Shown piece after piece: positions 19,810-30,543 of a stretch of DNA of 64,000 bases (its first letter is position 1; each line of letters opens with the position of its first letter). The position numbers and the translations under genes were made by a program. Below the pieces are notes generated by a model. The model saw only the letters and a list, made by a program, of their open reading frames with translations. It was not told where the DNA came from and searched no databases. The stretch spans positions 395,911 to 459,910 of the forward strand of contig RQSC01000027.1 of the NCBI GenBank assembly GCA_013416795.1. Reading direction: 5' to 3'. This DNA comes from Prasinococcaceae sp. CCMP 1430 (taxonomy: Eukaryota > Plantae > Prasinodermophyta).

Positions 19810-20583
19810 TCAGCTATCGCCATCGCCATCGCCATCGCCGCCATCGTCGTTCGCGGCGTCGTTGTCGTTCCCATCGTCGCTGCTTGCCTCTTCCTGGAGC
19901 TGCTCGAGCTTAGACTGGAGCGACGCGGCGCAGAACGCGCGCCACACCAGGAGAGGACACAGCGCGGCGAGCATGAATGCGGGCAGCAGCACAAGGCCAC
20001 CTTCGCGAGATGCAGCCGCGGAGCGCCACCACTCTGGCCCACTCGCTTCCTGTTTGTGGCGAGCACATGCCACCTGACAGAGCACCTTCTCACTCGCAAG
20101 GGCCACCCTGACGCCACTGCCACCCGCGAGCAGCGCGTCCGCAATGGCGGCATGCTCATCGACGGGCAGCGCCCCGTGGCACGCGCGCAGCACGGCGTGT
20201 TCCGGCGGGGGCTCCGTGCCAGCATACCATGGCACGATGTCCTCGCGGAAGGAGGTCTTCCCCCACCAATGCCGGACAGGCCTCTGCGCGAGTGTCAGCG
20301 GGTGCGAGCATGTTGCCCCAAGGACGTCCAGCGTGTACTGCCGGCTGGTCGTGTAGGGCACACTGAGGCCCCCCTCTTCGACCGTCAGCTCTAGGTAGTA
20401 CGGTGCGGGATCCGCATGGAAGCCCGCAACGACGGAGGCGACCGCGCGACAGGCAGCGCAACCCTCAGCACCGCCATCACCTGCCGGAGCAGCGGTGATC
20501 CACGAAAGAGCCGCCGCCGCCGCCCAGGCCGCCGCCGCGCCAAAGTACGTTCCCGCCCCTGCGTGCCATCCTCGGCTGCGCAT
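19810..20583 (-). CDS. Secretory-pathway protein with saposin-B/Canopy-like Cys pattern, C-terminal TM helix and acidic tail
   Basis: Signal-like N-terminus, CAACRAV, VPYTTSR..LDVLGATC, LRAC, LCQVAC, hydrophobic GLVLLPAFMLAALCPLLVW, D/G-rich tail. Confidence 0.55.
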   Translation of the reverse strand: MRSRGWHAGAGTYFGAAAAWAAAAALSWITAAPAGDGGAEGCAACRAVASVVAGFHADPAPYYLELTVEEGGLSVPYTTSRQYTLDVLGATCSHPLTLAQRPVRHWWGKTSFREDIVPWYAGTEPPPEHAVLRACHGALPVDEHAAIADALLAGGSGVRVALASEKVLCQVACARHKQEASGPEWWRSAAASREGGLVLLPAFMLAALCPLLVWRAFCAASLQSKLEQLQEEASSDDGNDNDAANDDGGDGDGDGDS

Positions 20584-20733
20584 CGCTACAGGCGTCGCGA
20601 GGCGACACCGTGGCCGCCGGCGGCGGCCACCGCCGCCGCCCGCGCTGCCGCCCGCGGTCGCTGTGGCTGGCGCACCCGCCCAGTCAGAGCACCCACTGCG
20701 CTCGAGACAGCCCCTCGGCAGCGCGCGCGCCCG

Positions 20734-20760
20734 GGGTTAGGGTTATGTTTAGGGTAGGGT
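20734..20760. promoter_or_regulatory. Telo-box-like degenerate TTAGGG/TTTAGGG cluster in a divergent intergenic region
   Basis: GGGTTAGGGTTATGTTTAGGGTAGGGT; related motifs at 7462, 14838, 36709 and 41971-42022. Confidence 0.45.
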
Positions 20761-20933
20761 CGGTCATATTTCGTGGCATAGCGTGCTTGGCGCGCGCGCG
20801 TGCTTGTTTTCCGACCTTCTGTGTGCCGCAGCCACAGGGCGCGCTCGCGGCGTGGGTGGTGCGCCTGGGGGGAGGAGGGGGTAGACAGGCATCAGTGTTT
20901 GCGTGACGCGGCCGCACAGTGAGGGCGCCGAAT

Positions 20934-21752
20934 ATGGCGCCCTTGGCGCTGCAACCGAGGGCGGGGGCGTCGGCGACCCAGTGGCTCCTGCTCGGGGCCG
21001 GGGTAGCGGTGTCGACAGCTGCGGCAGCAGGCGCGCTCTTCTCCTGGCTGACGGCGCCCAGGCAGCCGCGTTCGCTCGAGCTCGAGTACTTCGACGTTGA
21101 GGCCAAGGGCGAGCCGATAAGGCTGCTAGCGGCACACCTCGGCTTGGAGCTCAAGGACACGCGCATGCGTCGCGCGGAGTTCATGGCGAACAAGGAGGCC
21201 GGCAAGTACCCGTTTGGGCAGGTGCCGCTGCTTATCGCGTCCCTCCCCGGCGGCGAGGAGCGCATTGCTCAAACCAACGCAATCGCGCGGTACCTTTGTA
21301 GGTTACGCGGCGCGCACCCGCACGCGGCAGAGGCTGCGGCCGAGGTCGACGCTCTCTTGGACTATGAGCACGACGCGACCAAGGGTCTGATGATCGTGAA
21401 GTACGGCGATCGATTCGGGATTAAGCTCACTGACAGTCAGAAAGAGATCGCGCTCAAGACGTGGTACGACTCGGTCCTTCCGCTCCATCTCCAGCACCTC
21501 GAAGCGTACGTAGCCAAGTCAAGGACGGGATGGTTGGCCAACACGCCCTACCCCACCGCTGCAGACTTCGTCTGGGCCTGCCAGCTCCGCGACTTGCTCA
21601 GCCGAGCAGCCGCTCAGCGGTACGGGCAAGATTGCGGGTCGCTGAGAGCAGCGGCGCCGATGGTGTGCTCCTTTATCGAGAAGTTCTACTCGCTGCCGTC
21701 CGTTGTCGCCTACTACGGCGCCAAGAGGACCCTCGATGATGACGCCCCCTAG
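20934..21752 (+). CDS. Glutathione S-transferase (sigma/alpha-like) with hydrophobic N-terminal extension
   Basis: LEYFDVEAKGEPIRLL, YPFGQVPLL, IAQTNAIARYL, PTAADF. Confidence 0.85.
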   Translation: MAPLALQPRAGASATQWLLLGAGVAVSTAAAAGALFSWLTAPRQPRSLELEYFDVEAKGEPIRLLAAHLGLELKDTRMRRAEFMANKEAGKYPFGQVPLLIASLPGGEERIAQTNAIARYLCRLRGAHPHAAEAAAEVDALLDYEHDATKGLMIVKYGDRFGIKLTDSQKEIALKTWYDSVLPLHLQHLEAYVAKSRTGWLANTPYPTAADFVWACQLRDLLSRAAAQRYGQDCGSLRAAAPMVCSFIEKFYSLPSVVAYYGAKRTLDDDAP

Positions 21753-22198
21753 CCGCTAACAAGCCCTGACGGACAGCCGAGTGCCGCTCGATGCCAACGA
21801 GCCGTGTGAGTGCCCACGGAGCGAGGACTGGGCGGCCGACGCGCATGTCTGGTGCGCGTGGTATTTGCAAGCTACAAGTGACGCATTGTTCACTGCAAGC
21901 TTCATATGCACGTAAGCGCTCGCCCTTCGTCCTTGCGCCGCGCTGCCTGCGCGCGCTCGCCGCACCTGCGCTGCTGGAGCGGCTCTAAAAAAATTGCTTC
22001 CTTCTCAACACCTGTCAATTTGCTGACATGGCTCTGATGAGGCACCACCTGGCCAGCCATCGGTCCGCCATGGCGGTTCACGCGAGGCCCGGGCGCCAGA
22101 GGCACGCGCGCCGCGGGGCGCGGGCGGGGCGTCGTGTGCCCCCCACCCGTCCTGCTCGCTCGATCTCTCTTGCGCGCCACCGGTGCGTGGTGTCACCG

Positions 22199-22474
22199 AT
22201 GCCGCGCGTGCGCGGTGCGCCGCCGGCCGCGCGCTCGCGGCTGGTCGAGTGCGCCGTGTGTGGGCGCAGCGTGCATGCCGCGCTCGCGCAGGCGCATGTT
22301 AACGAATGTCTCGACGCTGCCGAGGCGGCAGGGCGGCGCGGAGGAGCACGCGTGCGTGATATACCGTCGTCAAGTCCGCAGCAGCCTGGCAGGGGGCGAC
22401 TACAAGTGCATCACAAGCAGCAGCTGCTGCTGCCGTCGCTGTCACCGCCGCCGTCGCAGCAGCAGCAGCAGCAG

Positions 22475-22508
<34 letters not shown>

Positions 22509-23360
22509 TACAGGTGCAGCAGCCGAAGCAGCTGCACAAGGGGTGGGAAGAGAAGCATTGGCGAGGGCAGGATAGCTATGGCGCAATAGCACCAAGCGCG
22601 AAGGCTGAGGGAGTTCAGAGGGCGCTCGCGCTGCGCGCGTCCACCGACGGTGGTGGTGGTGCGGCGGTTGCCGCTAAGTGGAGCAGTGCGGGGCTGCGCC
22701 GCGCGTCCGTGCGTGTCTGGCGTCACATGTTTTCTCGCGCCGAGACAGCGCGTGTCTATGCGGCGCTCTGGACATTGTCCGAGTGGGAGATCAAAACCAT
22801 AACCATCCTGGGCAAGCAGTGCTCAATGCACCGCGAGCTTTGCACCTTTGGGTCGCCAGGGACGCGCTATTCGTACGGCAACGACACGCACGTGGTGCAC
22901 CCTTTCACTGAAGAAATGGAGATGGTGCGAGCGCGCGTGGAGGAGTCTCTCGGAAATCGCTTCAGCTTCAACCTCTGCCTCCTCAACAAGTACAGGTCAG
23001 GCAACGACTACGGTACGCACATATGCACGCGCGCACGTCTCAATCTGCCATTCAGGCGCCCTGACACATGCATGCGCACGAGCAGTCGGCCCACACCGTG
23101 ACCACGAGCGCGAGCACGTACGGGGCACACCTATCGTGAGCGTGTCGCTTGGCGCCACGCGCGACTTTGTGCTACAGACGAGGGCGCAGCCAGGGGCCCC
23201 AGCTGCCCCAAAGGAGAGGCGCGTGCTCGCGCTCGGCGATGGAGATGCGTGCGTGATGGACGCGGGCACGCAGGAGCATTACAAGCACTCGATACCTCAG
23301 CGAAAAGGGGTACCCGGCTGCCGTATCAGCCTGACCTTCAGAGTCATCAAGGCGCTGTGA
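22199..23360 (+). CDS. AlkB-family (ALKBH2/3-like) dioxygenase with N-terminal UBZ-type zinc finger and polyQ; intron 23013-23085
   Basis: YSYG, FNLCLLNKYRSGNDY|VGPHRDHE (HxD), IVSVSLGATRDF, QEHYKHSIP, RISLTFR; CAVC..HVNECLD. Confidence 0.85.
22457..22507 (+). repeat. (CAG)n microsatellite encoding polyglutamine
   Basis: Run of CAG codons interrupted by CAAGAG. Confidence 0.9.
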
Positions 23361-23529
23361 GTAACTTATATACAGTATCGTTATTGTACATGGCCGGCGG
23401 CGAAGGCAGCGCGCGTGTCGGCCGGCAGCGCGTGCACGAGCCGTGCGAGCTCGCTCGCGCGAGCTCGTGGAGCGGCCGTCATCCGCTAGCCTGTCATGCC
23501 ATATTACAGCATTGGGGGGACCGATATGG

Positions 23530-24689
23530 TCAACTGAACCCAGCTGCGGACCGTCTGAGCAGTGCTGATCGCGCGGTGCTGCGAGTGCGCCCGCAGGTGC
23601 CCAGCCTCTGGCCCACGCGCACGCGTGTGCCCGGCGGCAGGGCGCCGCCGTCGAACGTCCAGCCGCTTGGCGCCTCGAACAACAGCACGACCGTCGAGCC
23701 CAACTCGAACGCACACACCTGCTCGCCGGCGAGCGAGCGCCGCGCCGGGCTGTACTTGCATTCGTGGCCGGGCTCGCCTGGCGCTTCAGACGCTCGGCTT
23801 GAGCACCCCCTTTCGTGGTCTGCCAGGAGCTTGATGGAGCCCACACCGAGGGCCCCAACTGCAGTCATGCTCATCCAGCCGCCCTCCCAGCTCCCTTCGA
23901 AGACCACCCTCTCGTTGGCGGCGTGCAATCCAGGCAGCCGCGCGCTGACAATCGGGTTCACCGGCAGCAGCGCGCCGCTCACGTGCCGCCGGCGCTCGAA
24001 TCGGAGCGCAGCAGGCGAGTGCACGCGGTGGTAGTCGCCGGGAGCCAAATACAGCACGGCGTAGTGCAAGGGTCTGTCGGGCAAGGCTATGGCGGGCGAG
24101 CCAGCGAGCGTACGCATGCGGTGAGCCAGGGGACGGGCGAGGAGTCAGACCGCGTGTGTTGGCGATGGTCGCGCGCTGCACACCGTTGCGCTCCTTCGAG
24201 TGCGCGCCCACCTTCTTTTGGGACGGCGAGGAGCGCATGCGGGGAGTAGTTCACACCCTTGATGCGTCCGATGGCGGCGGAGGTGTCGCCGCCGTGCACC
24301 TGCCCTGACGCGAGCACCGTGCCGTCGCATGGGCTCACGACAAGCGCTCGCTCACCCCGCGCGGCGTCCGCCTCAGCGATCGGTCTTGCGTCGGAGCGCA
24401 GCTCACGACAGAAGAAGCTCGCCAGTGACTCATACGACGCAAGCGGGAGCGCCGCCTCGGATGCGTCTGCGCCAAAGGCGGTGCAATAAGCGCCGAGCAC
24501 TGGCTCGCGCGCCACCGCCGGCAGCTGAGCGCGCGCGCACTGCCCCCACGCCGCCGATGCCGCTGCGAGCGGCACTCTGCGCGCCGCAGCGAAGTAGGCG
24601 TCCTCCCGCGATGGGTCGGCAAGGCAGCACGCCGCCGCGCTCGCGGCAGCTGCTGCCGTGGCCGTGGCAGCCGCCGCGCGCCGGTGCAT
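23530..24689 (-). CDS. PSD1: Phosphatidylserine decarboxylase proenzyme (mitochondrial PSD1 type), spliced
   Basis: YESLASFFCREL, VSPCDG, IKGVNYS, YLAPGDYHRVHSP, NERVV, VGALGVGSI, FELGSTVVL (LGST cleavage motif). Confidence 0.9.
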
Positions 24690-24810
24690 GCGCACGGCCG
24701 CAGCGCAGCGCACGCGCGCGCGCGCGCACTGTGGCGCGACCGTGGTATCGTTTTGGCACCCTACGCTGCGCGAGGGGAAATGCAGCGTTCAATTCGGAGA
24801 CACAACACAA

Positions 24811-27800
24811 TCAAAGAATTTCAGTCGGCGCGGGCCGCGCCTCGGGCCTCGCCCGGCTTTCGAGCTCGTGCCCGTTCGTCGGCACAAGTTGGTGCTCGTG
24901 TACGTGTCCGCGGCGAATGGTGGCCTCGCGCGCGAGCTGTGCATCGCTCGGGGCGAGCTCGGAGCGCAGAGCCTTGGCCGCGAAGCGAGGGCCAAGTGCA
25001 GCAACGCACGCCGCGAGCACAGCCAACCACCACCGCGCGGATGCCGCCGAGTGCGCCCAGCCATCCCACCAGGGCGCAGGCACATAGCTCGCTCTAGCGA
25101 TCTGCCACAATATGGCGAACAGAACGCTCCCGGCGAAGGTTGCGGCCGCAGGCCACGTCAGGTAGCGCACATCCATGAGTAGCGTGGCGTTGCCAATCAA
25201 CACGAGAGCCGCGAGCTGCGCGTCGCCGAGCTCACCCATGCTAACGCCCGTTGGGGCGTCGCCATCGAGGCCTCCGACACTGCCGCCGCCGCCGCGAAGC
25301 GCGTACACTGTCACGAAAAAGACGGCCGCGGCCTGCCAAAACGAGTCGATCAACATGAGCACGAAGAGCTCGTGTGAATAGATCTCGCGATTGCGGCCCA
25401 ACGTGTACAGTGCCGGCTCAGCCAACAGCGCGTCCCGAGGCACATCCTGGTCCGTAAAGGCGACCACGACGGTCGGCCAAGCGGTGTAGAAGAGCGTATA
25501 AAATATGAGGTTCCACTGGTCGATGCAGGACATGGTCGAGTAGTTTGTGTAAAAAGAATAGAAGAAAAGCACGAAGACGATGACCGCACTGCGATAGAAG
25601 ACGTAAAGCGCCAGGTGGGCCATACGCGCGTACGACCAATGGCCGTGCACCAACAACAGAGGCCCCAATGCCGAGAAAGCTCCCAAAGCGATGTCCGCGG
25701 ACATGGCGGCGCGACGTCCCTCGGCACCAGCGATACCCACCCCCACGTGCGCGACGCGCAGCATCCCGACATCGTTAGCGCCGTCGCCGATGGCGAGGCA
25801 AGTGCAGCTAACTGCAGCGGCTGCCCCGCGCGCGATGCTCGCAACCGCGGCCTTCTGCAACGGCGAGGCGCGGCACACCACCGCCGTCGGGCATCTCTCG
25901 ACCGCCGCTGCAAGCGCGTCTGCGCCGTGCTCGTCGCCAATGATCTGCGCAAGCACGTGGCCGGCGATGACGACGGCCTCTCCAGCCCGCGCAGCTGCGC
26001 GCAGCGCCGTCACAGCGCCCTCAGAAGTCGAGAAAGACTCGAGACGCGTAGGCTCGGCCGCTGAGCATTCGTCATCAGCATCGAGCAGGGCAGCCGTCTT
26101 GGCGACAGCGACGGCCGTCTCGACCTTGTCGCCCGTGAGCATCCACACGCGCACGCCCGCGGCCTTGAGGCTACGTACGGTCTCCGGCGTTCCGCGTTGT
26201 AGCTCATCCTTGATACCCACCACACCCACTATCTCCACGCCTGCCCCGATCGCGGCCCGCTCGGCGAGGTCTTCCAGACCCGATGCCTCCTTCTCGTCGG
26301 CAGCGTTTGAAGCTCGTGCGTGCAGCTCCGCCCACTCCTGCGTTTGCTCAATGGAAAGCTGTCGCCTGGCAAGGACCAGAGTTCGCAGACCCATGCGTGC
26401 GAAGCGCAGGACGGCATCAGAGGCTGCTTGGCGGCTCATAGAGCTCCTACCCGACTCGCCCGCGTCGACCGCAAGCGGCAGGACGGCCTCGTCTGCGCCC
26501 TTCATCAAGAGCTCGGCATGCACATCCGCATCACTGCTCCCCTTCACGGTGCGCTCTCGCCCAGCCCTTCGCACGATAACTGACATGCGTCTTCGCTCGC
26601 TGTCGAACGCGTGCTCGCCCAGCACCGCGTACCGCGAGTCCTCCTGCTCGACACGCGACACGGTGGCCACCCCAATGCCCGGGCGTCTCAGCACCACTCC
26701 ACGTCCATCGAGCCATTCAACCATGGCGACCTCATCCGGTGACTCGCCCTGGAAGGCGCCTTCCGCACCGGTAGCGGACCCTGAGGTGACCGCAGGAGGT
26801 ACTACGCTGTTGCACAAAATCATCACATTCTCGGCGGCACCACCGAGCACGTGCTCGGGCGCTGGCTGTGCGTCTTCGCTGCCATCGCAAGGACCGCCCT
26901 CGGCAGTCGATTCCGCCTGCCACTCGCCGTCGGTCGTGCAGAGAGCGTGCAACGACATGTTGTTCGCGGTGAGCGTCCCAGTTTTGTCGGCGAGGAGCAC
27001 CCCAACACAGCCCAGATCCTGGTTGCCACGCGCGACGGGAAGGGGGCAACGCATCAGTGGGATTGGCACAGAATTCGCGGCGACGCCGCGCGAGCGCTCC
27101 AGTCACGCGCGAGCGAGCGACACACTGACTCGCACGCACCTCGTTCACCGTGAGGGTCCGCACGACGCAAGGCTGATCACGCGACTCCTCGTAGAGCTGC
27201 ACGTCCGTAGCCATCAGATATGCCTGCACCAGGCGCACGATCTCCATTCCAATGAACAGGGCTATCGGCACGAGGACTTGATAGAGAATCAGCAGACCGA
27301 ACCACGTCACGACCGCAAAGTTTATCTTGCCATCGTACTGGTACTCCGCACCGAACCACGGCATGCGCTCTGCCGGCACCATCTCGAGGCTCTGATACGC
27401 GCCAACGGCGCCGATCGTACATATCGTCGCCAGCAGGGCGCCGAGAAGCATCATATGCACGTTCACGCGGCGTTCCAAGAGGGTGCGCTTCGACGGCGGC
27501 GGGGTCGACGCCATCATCACCTTGGCCTCGTGGCCAACGTACACTGCGACACCGATCACCCACGGCGTCATGCGAAGGACACTGCCGCGCAGCATTGTGT
27601 TGACGGGCGTGACCTTCACCTGCCCTTCTCCTTCGATGTGCAGCTCGCCACGAAATGTATCCAAGTCGCCATTCGGGGCATCGCACTCCACACGACCTCG
27701 CAGAGCCCCTGCGCAGTCCTCGGGTCCGGACGTTTGCGCTCTCGCAGCAGCGGCAGCGCCGATCGATGCTGGACGCGCCGCAACGCGCCGCTTGAGCGCA

Positions 27801-28522
27801 TTCTCGCCGTCGAGAGCGGCCGTGTCGACATGCGCAACGTGCGCGTCGGCTCCTCCGCAGCCCAACAGGACGAGGTCGGCCGGCGCCTCGTGACCCTCGC
27901 GCACCACCACCAGCGTGCCTGCGGCGATGCTCTTCCACTCGACGCTGGTGGCGCGCGCTTGCGCCCCCTCGCCCCATCGCTCTGCCCCGCCAGTGCCACA
28001 TGCAATCACTTCCACTTTCCTGGCGTTCGCCGAACGGTCGGCCGCCCGGCGGCGCGCATCCTCGAAGATGTCTTTGGCTGCCGTGGCGACCACCACAGTG
28101 AGCAGCGGGACCATGCTCACCAACCGGCCGAACACCGCCAGCACCGGCAGTTGGTTGATCAGGATGAGGGCAAGGAAGTAGAAGTAGCTGAGGCGCGCTG
28201 AAAACTGTTCGTAGAGGTTGCGAAACACGAAGGTGAGCGCCGTGTAACGCGTCGTGCGGACAGCGTTCGGCTCTGCCGCCGTCCGGCCACTCGGTGCACT
28301 CGTGTTGCCGCCGAAGTGCACGACCACGCGACGTTCCACATTATTAGCTGGTGCGGCCTGCGTCGCCGTTGTCGCTCCACCCGCGCGCACGGCTCGCGTC
28401 GGCGACGGCTCGCCACTCCCTGCAGCCCCCGCCCTCACGCGCGTCGGCAGCAGCGCCGCGAAATCGTCCTCCCCGCCGCCGCCCTCGCCTTGCATGCCCC
28501 ATCCGCGCGCTTCGCTGCCCAT
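24811..28522 (-). CDS. P4-type phospholipid-transporting ATPase (ALA flippase); intron 27019-27139
   Basis: NAVRTTRYT, PADLVLL, LDGE, LRGSVLR, VPIALFIGME, NE|DLG..DKTGTLT, SPDE, KGAD, GLRTL, WMLTGDK, CRASPLQKA, IGDGANDVGM. Confidence 0.92.
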
Positions 28523-29164
28523 GCCAGCACGCCGCACGCCGCCCTCACGCCGCACGCCGCCCTCACGCCGAGGGCGGCTTCACGCCCCGTCGCCTCCCCG
28601 CCCTGACCCAGCAGGCGCGACGCTCGGTGCGCGCCGCCCTGGCGTCGGCCCAGCCCCCACCGCGCCGCGTGTGGCACCGCGGCGCCGCGCCGCGCGCCGA
28701 GCACCCGTCTCCGTCTCCGTCTGCGCACCAAAACGTTTTCGTCCGATCCGTTTCGGTTTCCGGGTTTCGCCCGCTGGAACAGAACCGAACGAAGCCGTTT
28801 CGCTGAGGCCCGTTTTTGTGAGCAGACGTCTGGCACCCACGGGATAGCGAAATACTCGATGGTTGCTTTTTGATCGCTGTCGGGGAGGAGCCCGCGGGCG
28901 GGAGCAGTGCGGGGGTGTTCGCGCGCGCGCCGCCCGGCGGGCGGCGGCGCACCGCGGGTGGGGCCACACTGCGAGCCGGGAGGCACAGGGGGTGCGGCGG
29001 GCGCCGGGAGGAGCCCGCGCCCGGCAGGTCATCGCCCCGCTCGAATTCCAACCGCGGACACGCGCGCGCGACCTCAGGCGCTGATGGACTCGGCGGCGAG
29101 GCCTGCGGGAGCGTGTACGCCGCGTACGGCGGATTCTTCATAGTGTTGTCCCGCGCGGTCGGCG

Positions 29165-30481
29165 GTGCTCGCGTGCGGCGTCGCTGCGGCGGTTCTCGCA
29201 GCGGCCAGCTGCGGGGCGTGGGCAGGGGCGCTCTGGGCTGGCAGGGCCTTTTTGGCCAGGGGGGGCAGCCAAAACCTGCTGATCGCGGAGGAGGGAGCGG
29301 CGCGCTCGGACGCCGTCGCCGCGCTGTCATCGCTGCCATCCCCGTGCGGCAAGGAGCTGGACGAGGCGATCAACAAGTCGTTGCGACCACAGTCGCCGCG
29401 GCTGCTGTGCCTGGTGCTCACAAAGTTCCCTGGGGGCGTGCGGCGCAAGACTGCCTCGCTGGAGACGTGGATGTATGCGTGCGATGAGCGCGCCTTCATG
29501 GTCTCCGATCAACCGGATCAGGCGGAGCGCCCGCCTACGAAGTTCGTCACGGGCGGTAACCACTCGATCCCTGAAGATCCCAAGGGGATGGGCTTCTCAC
29601 TGTACCCAGGCATCGAGGCGGATGTGGTCTCCCTAAACATCACGGGAAATGGCAGGGACTGCAGCGGCAACAACGAGGTGTGCTGGCGGGAAGGCTTTCT
29701 TTGGCGCAAAATATGGCAGCTCTACCTCGAGGTGTATGACCGGTACATCAGCGACAGAGTCGCGAAAGACGGCAGTTGGGATAACGTGCCCGAGTGGTTC
29801 ATCAAGGCGGACGACGACAGCATGGTCTTCGTTTCGCACCTGAAGCAGCTGCTCCTAGAGCGCGAGTACGACCCTGACGGCGAATACTACCTCGGCCATG
29901 CCATGGCTCACAACAAGAAGCGCTTTGGCATCGACGCTGCGAACGGGTTTATAAGCGGGACGTGCATCATCATGTCACGTGGCGCCTTCCGCAAGCTCGC
30001 CGAGCAGGCGCTGGCGAAGATTCCCGAGCGCACCGCGGCCTTCGAGGGGCAGACAGGCGAGCGCATGTTTGCGTGCGTGGACAGGCTCGGGCCGCAGGAA
30101 GATTGGAGCACGGCCTTCTGCATGGAGGACGCTGGCATCCTCGCAACGGACTTGCGCGACGAGCAAGACAGGCCCCTCTGCTTGCCATGGATGTACGCCG
30201 AGCACCTCCAGGGACGTTGGGGCGCTGACGCGATCGCCAACCGGATCAACGTAGACAAGGGCTTCAGCATTGGGTCGATGCTGTGGTACTGGCACGACAA
30301 ACGTCAGGACACGGTCGGCCGCAACTGCTGCCCGCCCCTCGACCGCGTGATCTCTTTCCATGGCTTCAAAGGAGACGAGCGCCTGGGGATCATGTACGAG
30401 ATGCGCAAGGTGGAGGAGGCATTCTGGGAGGCCAAGCAGTCTGCTATCGCGCCCCTCGTGGAGGCCTGCGGCAGGCGGTAG
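29165..30481 (+). CDS. GT31/Fringe-like glycosyltransferase (C1GALT1-like), type II membrane; start uncertain
   Basis: ETWMYACD, LWRKI, EWFIKADDDSMVF..LKQLL..YDPD..YLG, SRGAFRKL, ED..FC, ISFHG. Confidence 0.8.
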   Translation: MLACGVAAAVLAAASCGAWAGALWAGRAFLARGGSQNLLIAEEGAARSDAVAALSSLPSPCGKELDEAINKSLRPQSPRLLCLVLTKFPGGVRRKTASLETWMYACDERAFMVSDQPDQAERPPTKFVTGGNHSIPEDPKGMGFSLYPGIEADVVSLNITGNGRDCSGNNEVCWREGFLWRKIWQLYLEVYDRYISDRVAKDGSWDNVPEWFIKADDDSMVFVSHLKQLLLEREYDPDGEYYLGHAMAHNKKRFGIDAANGFISGTCIIMSRGAFRKLAEQALAKIPERTAAFEGQTGERMFACVDRLGPQEDWSTAFCMEDAGILATDLRDEQDRPLCLPWMYAEHLQGRWGADAIANRINVDKGFSIGSMLWYWHDKRQDTVGRNCCPPLDRVISFHGFKGDERLGIMYEMRKVEEAFWEAKQSAIAPLVEACGRR

Positions 30482-30543
30482 CCCCCTTTGATCCCCTGCC
30501 GCCATCAATGCTAAGTAATTATTAGGGGGTTGTTTACAGTGCG

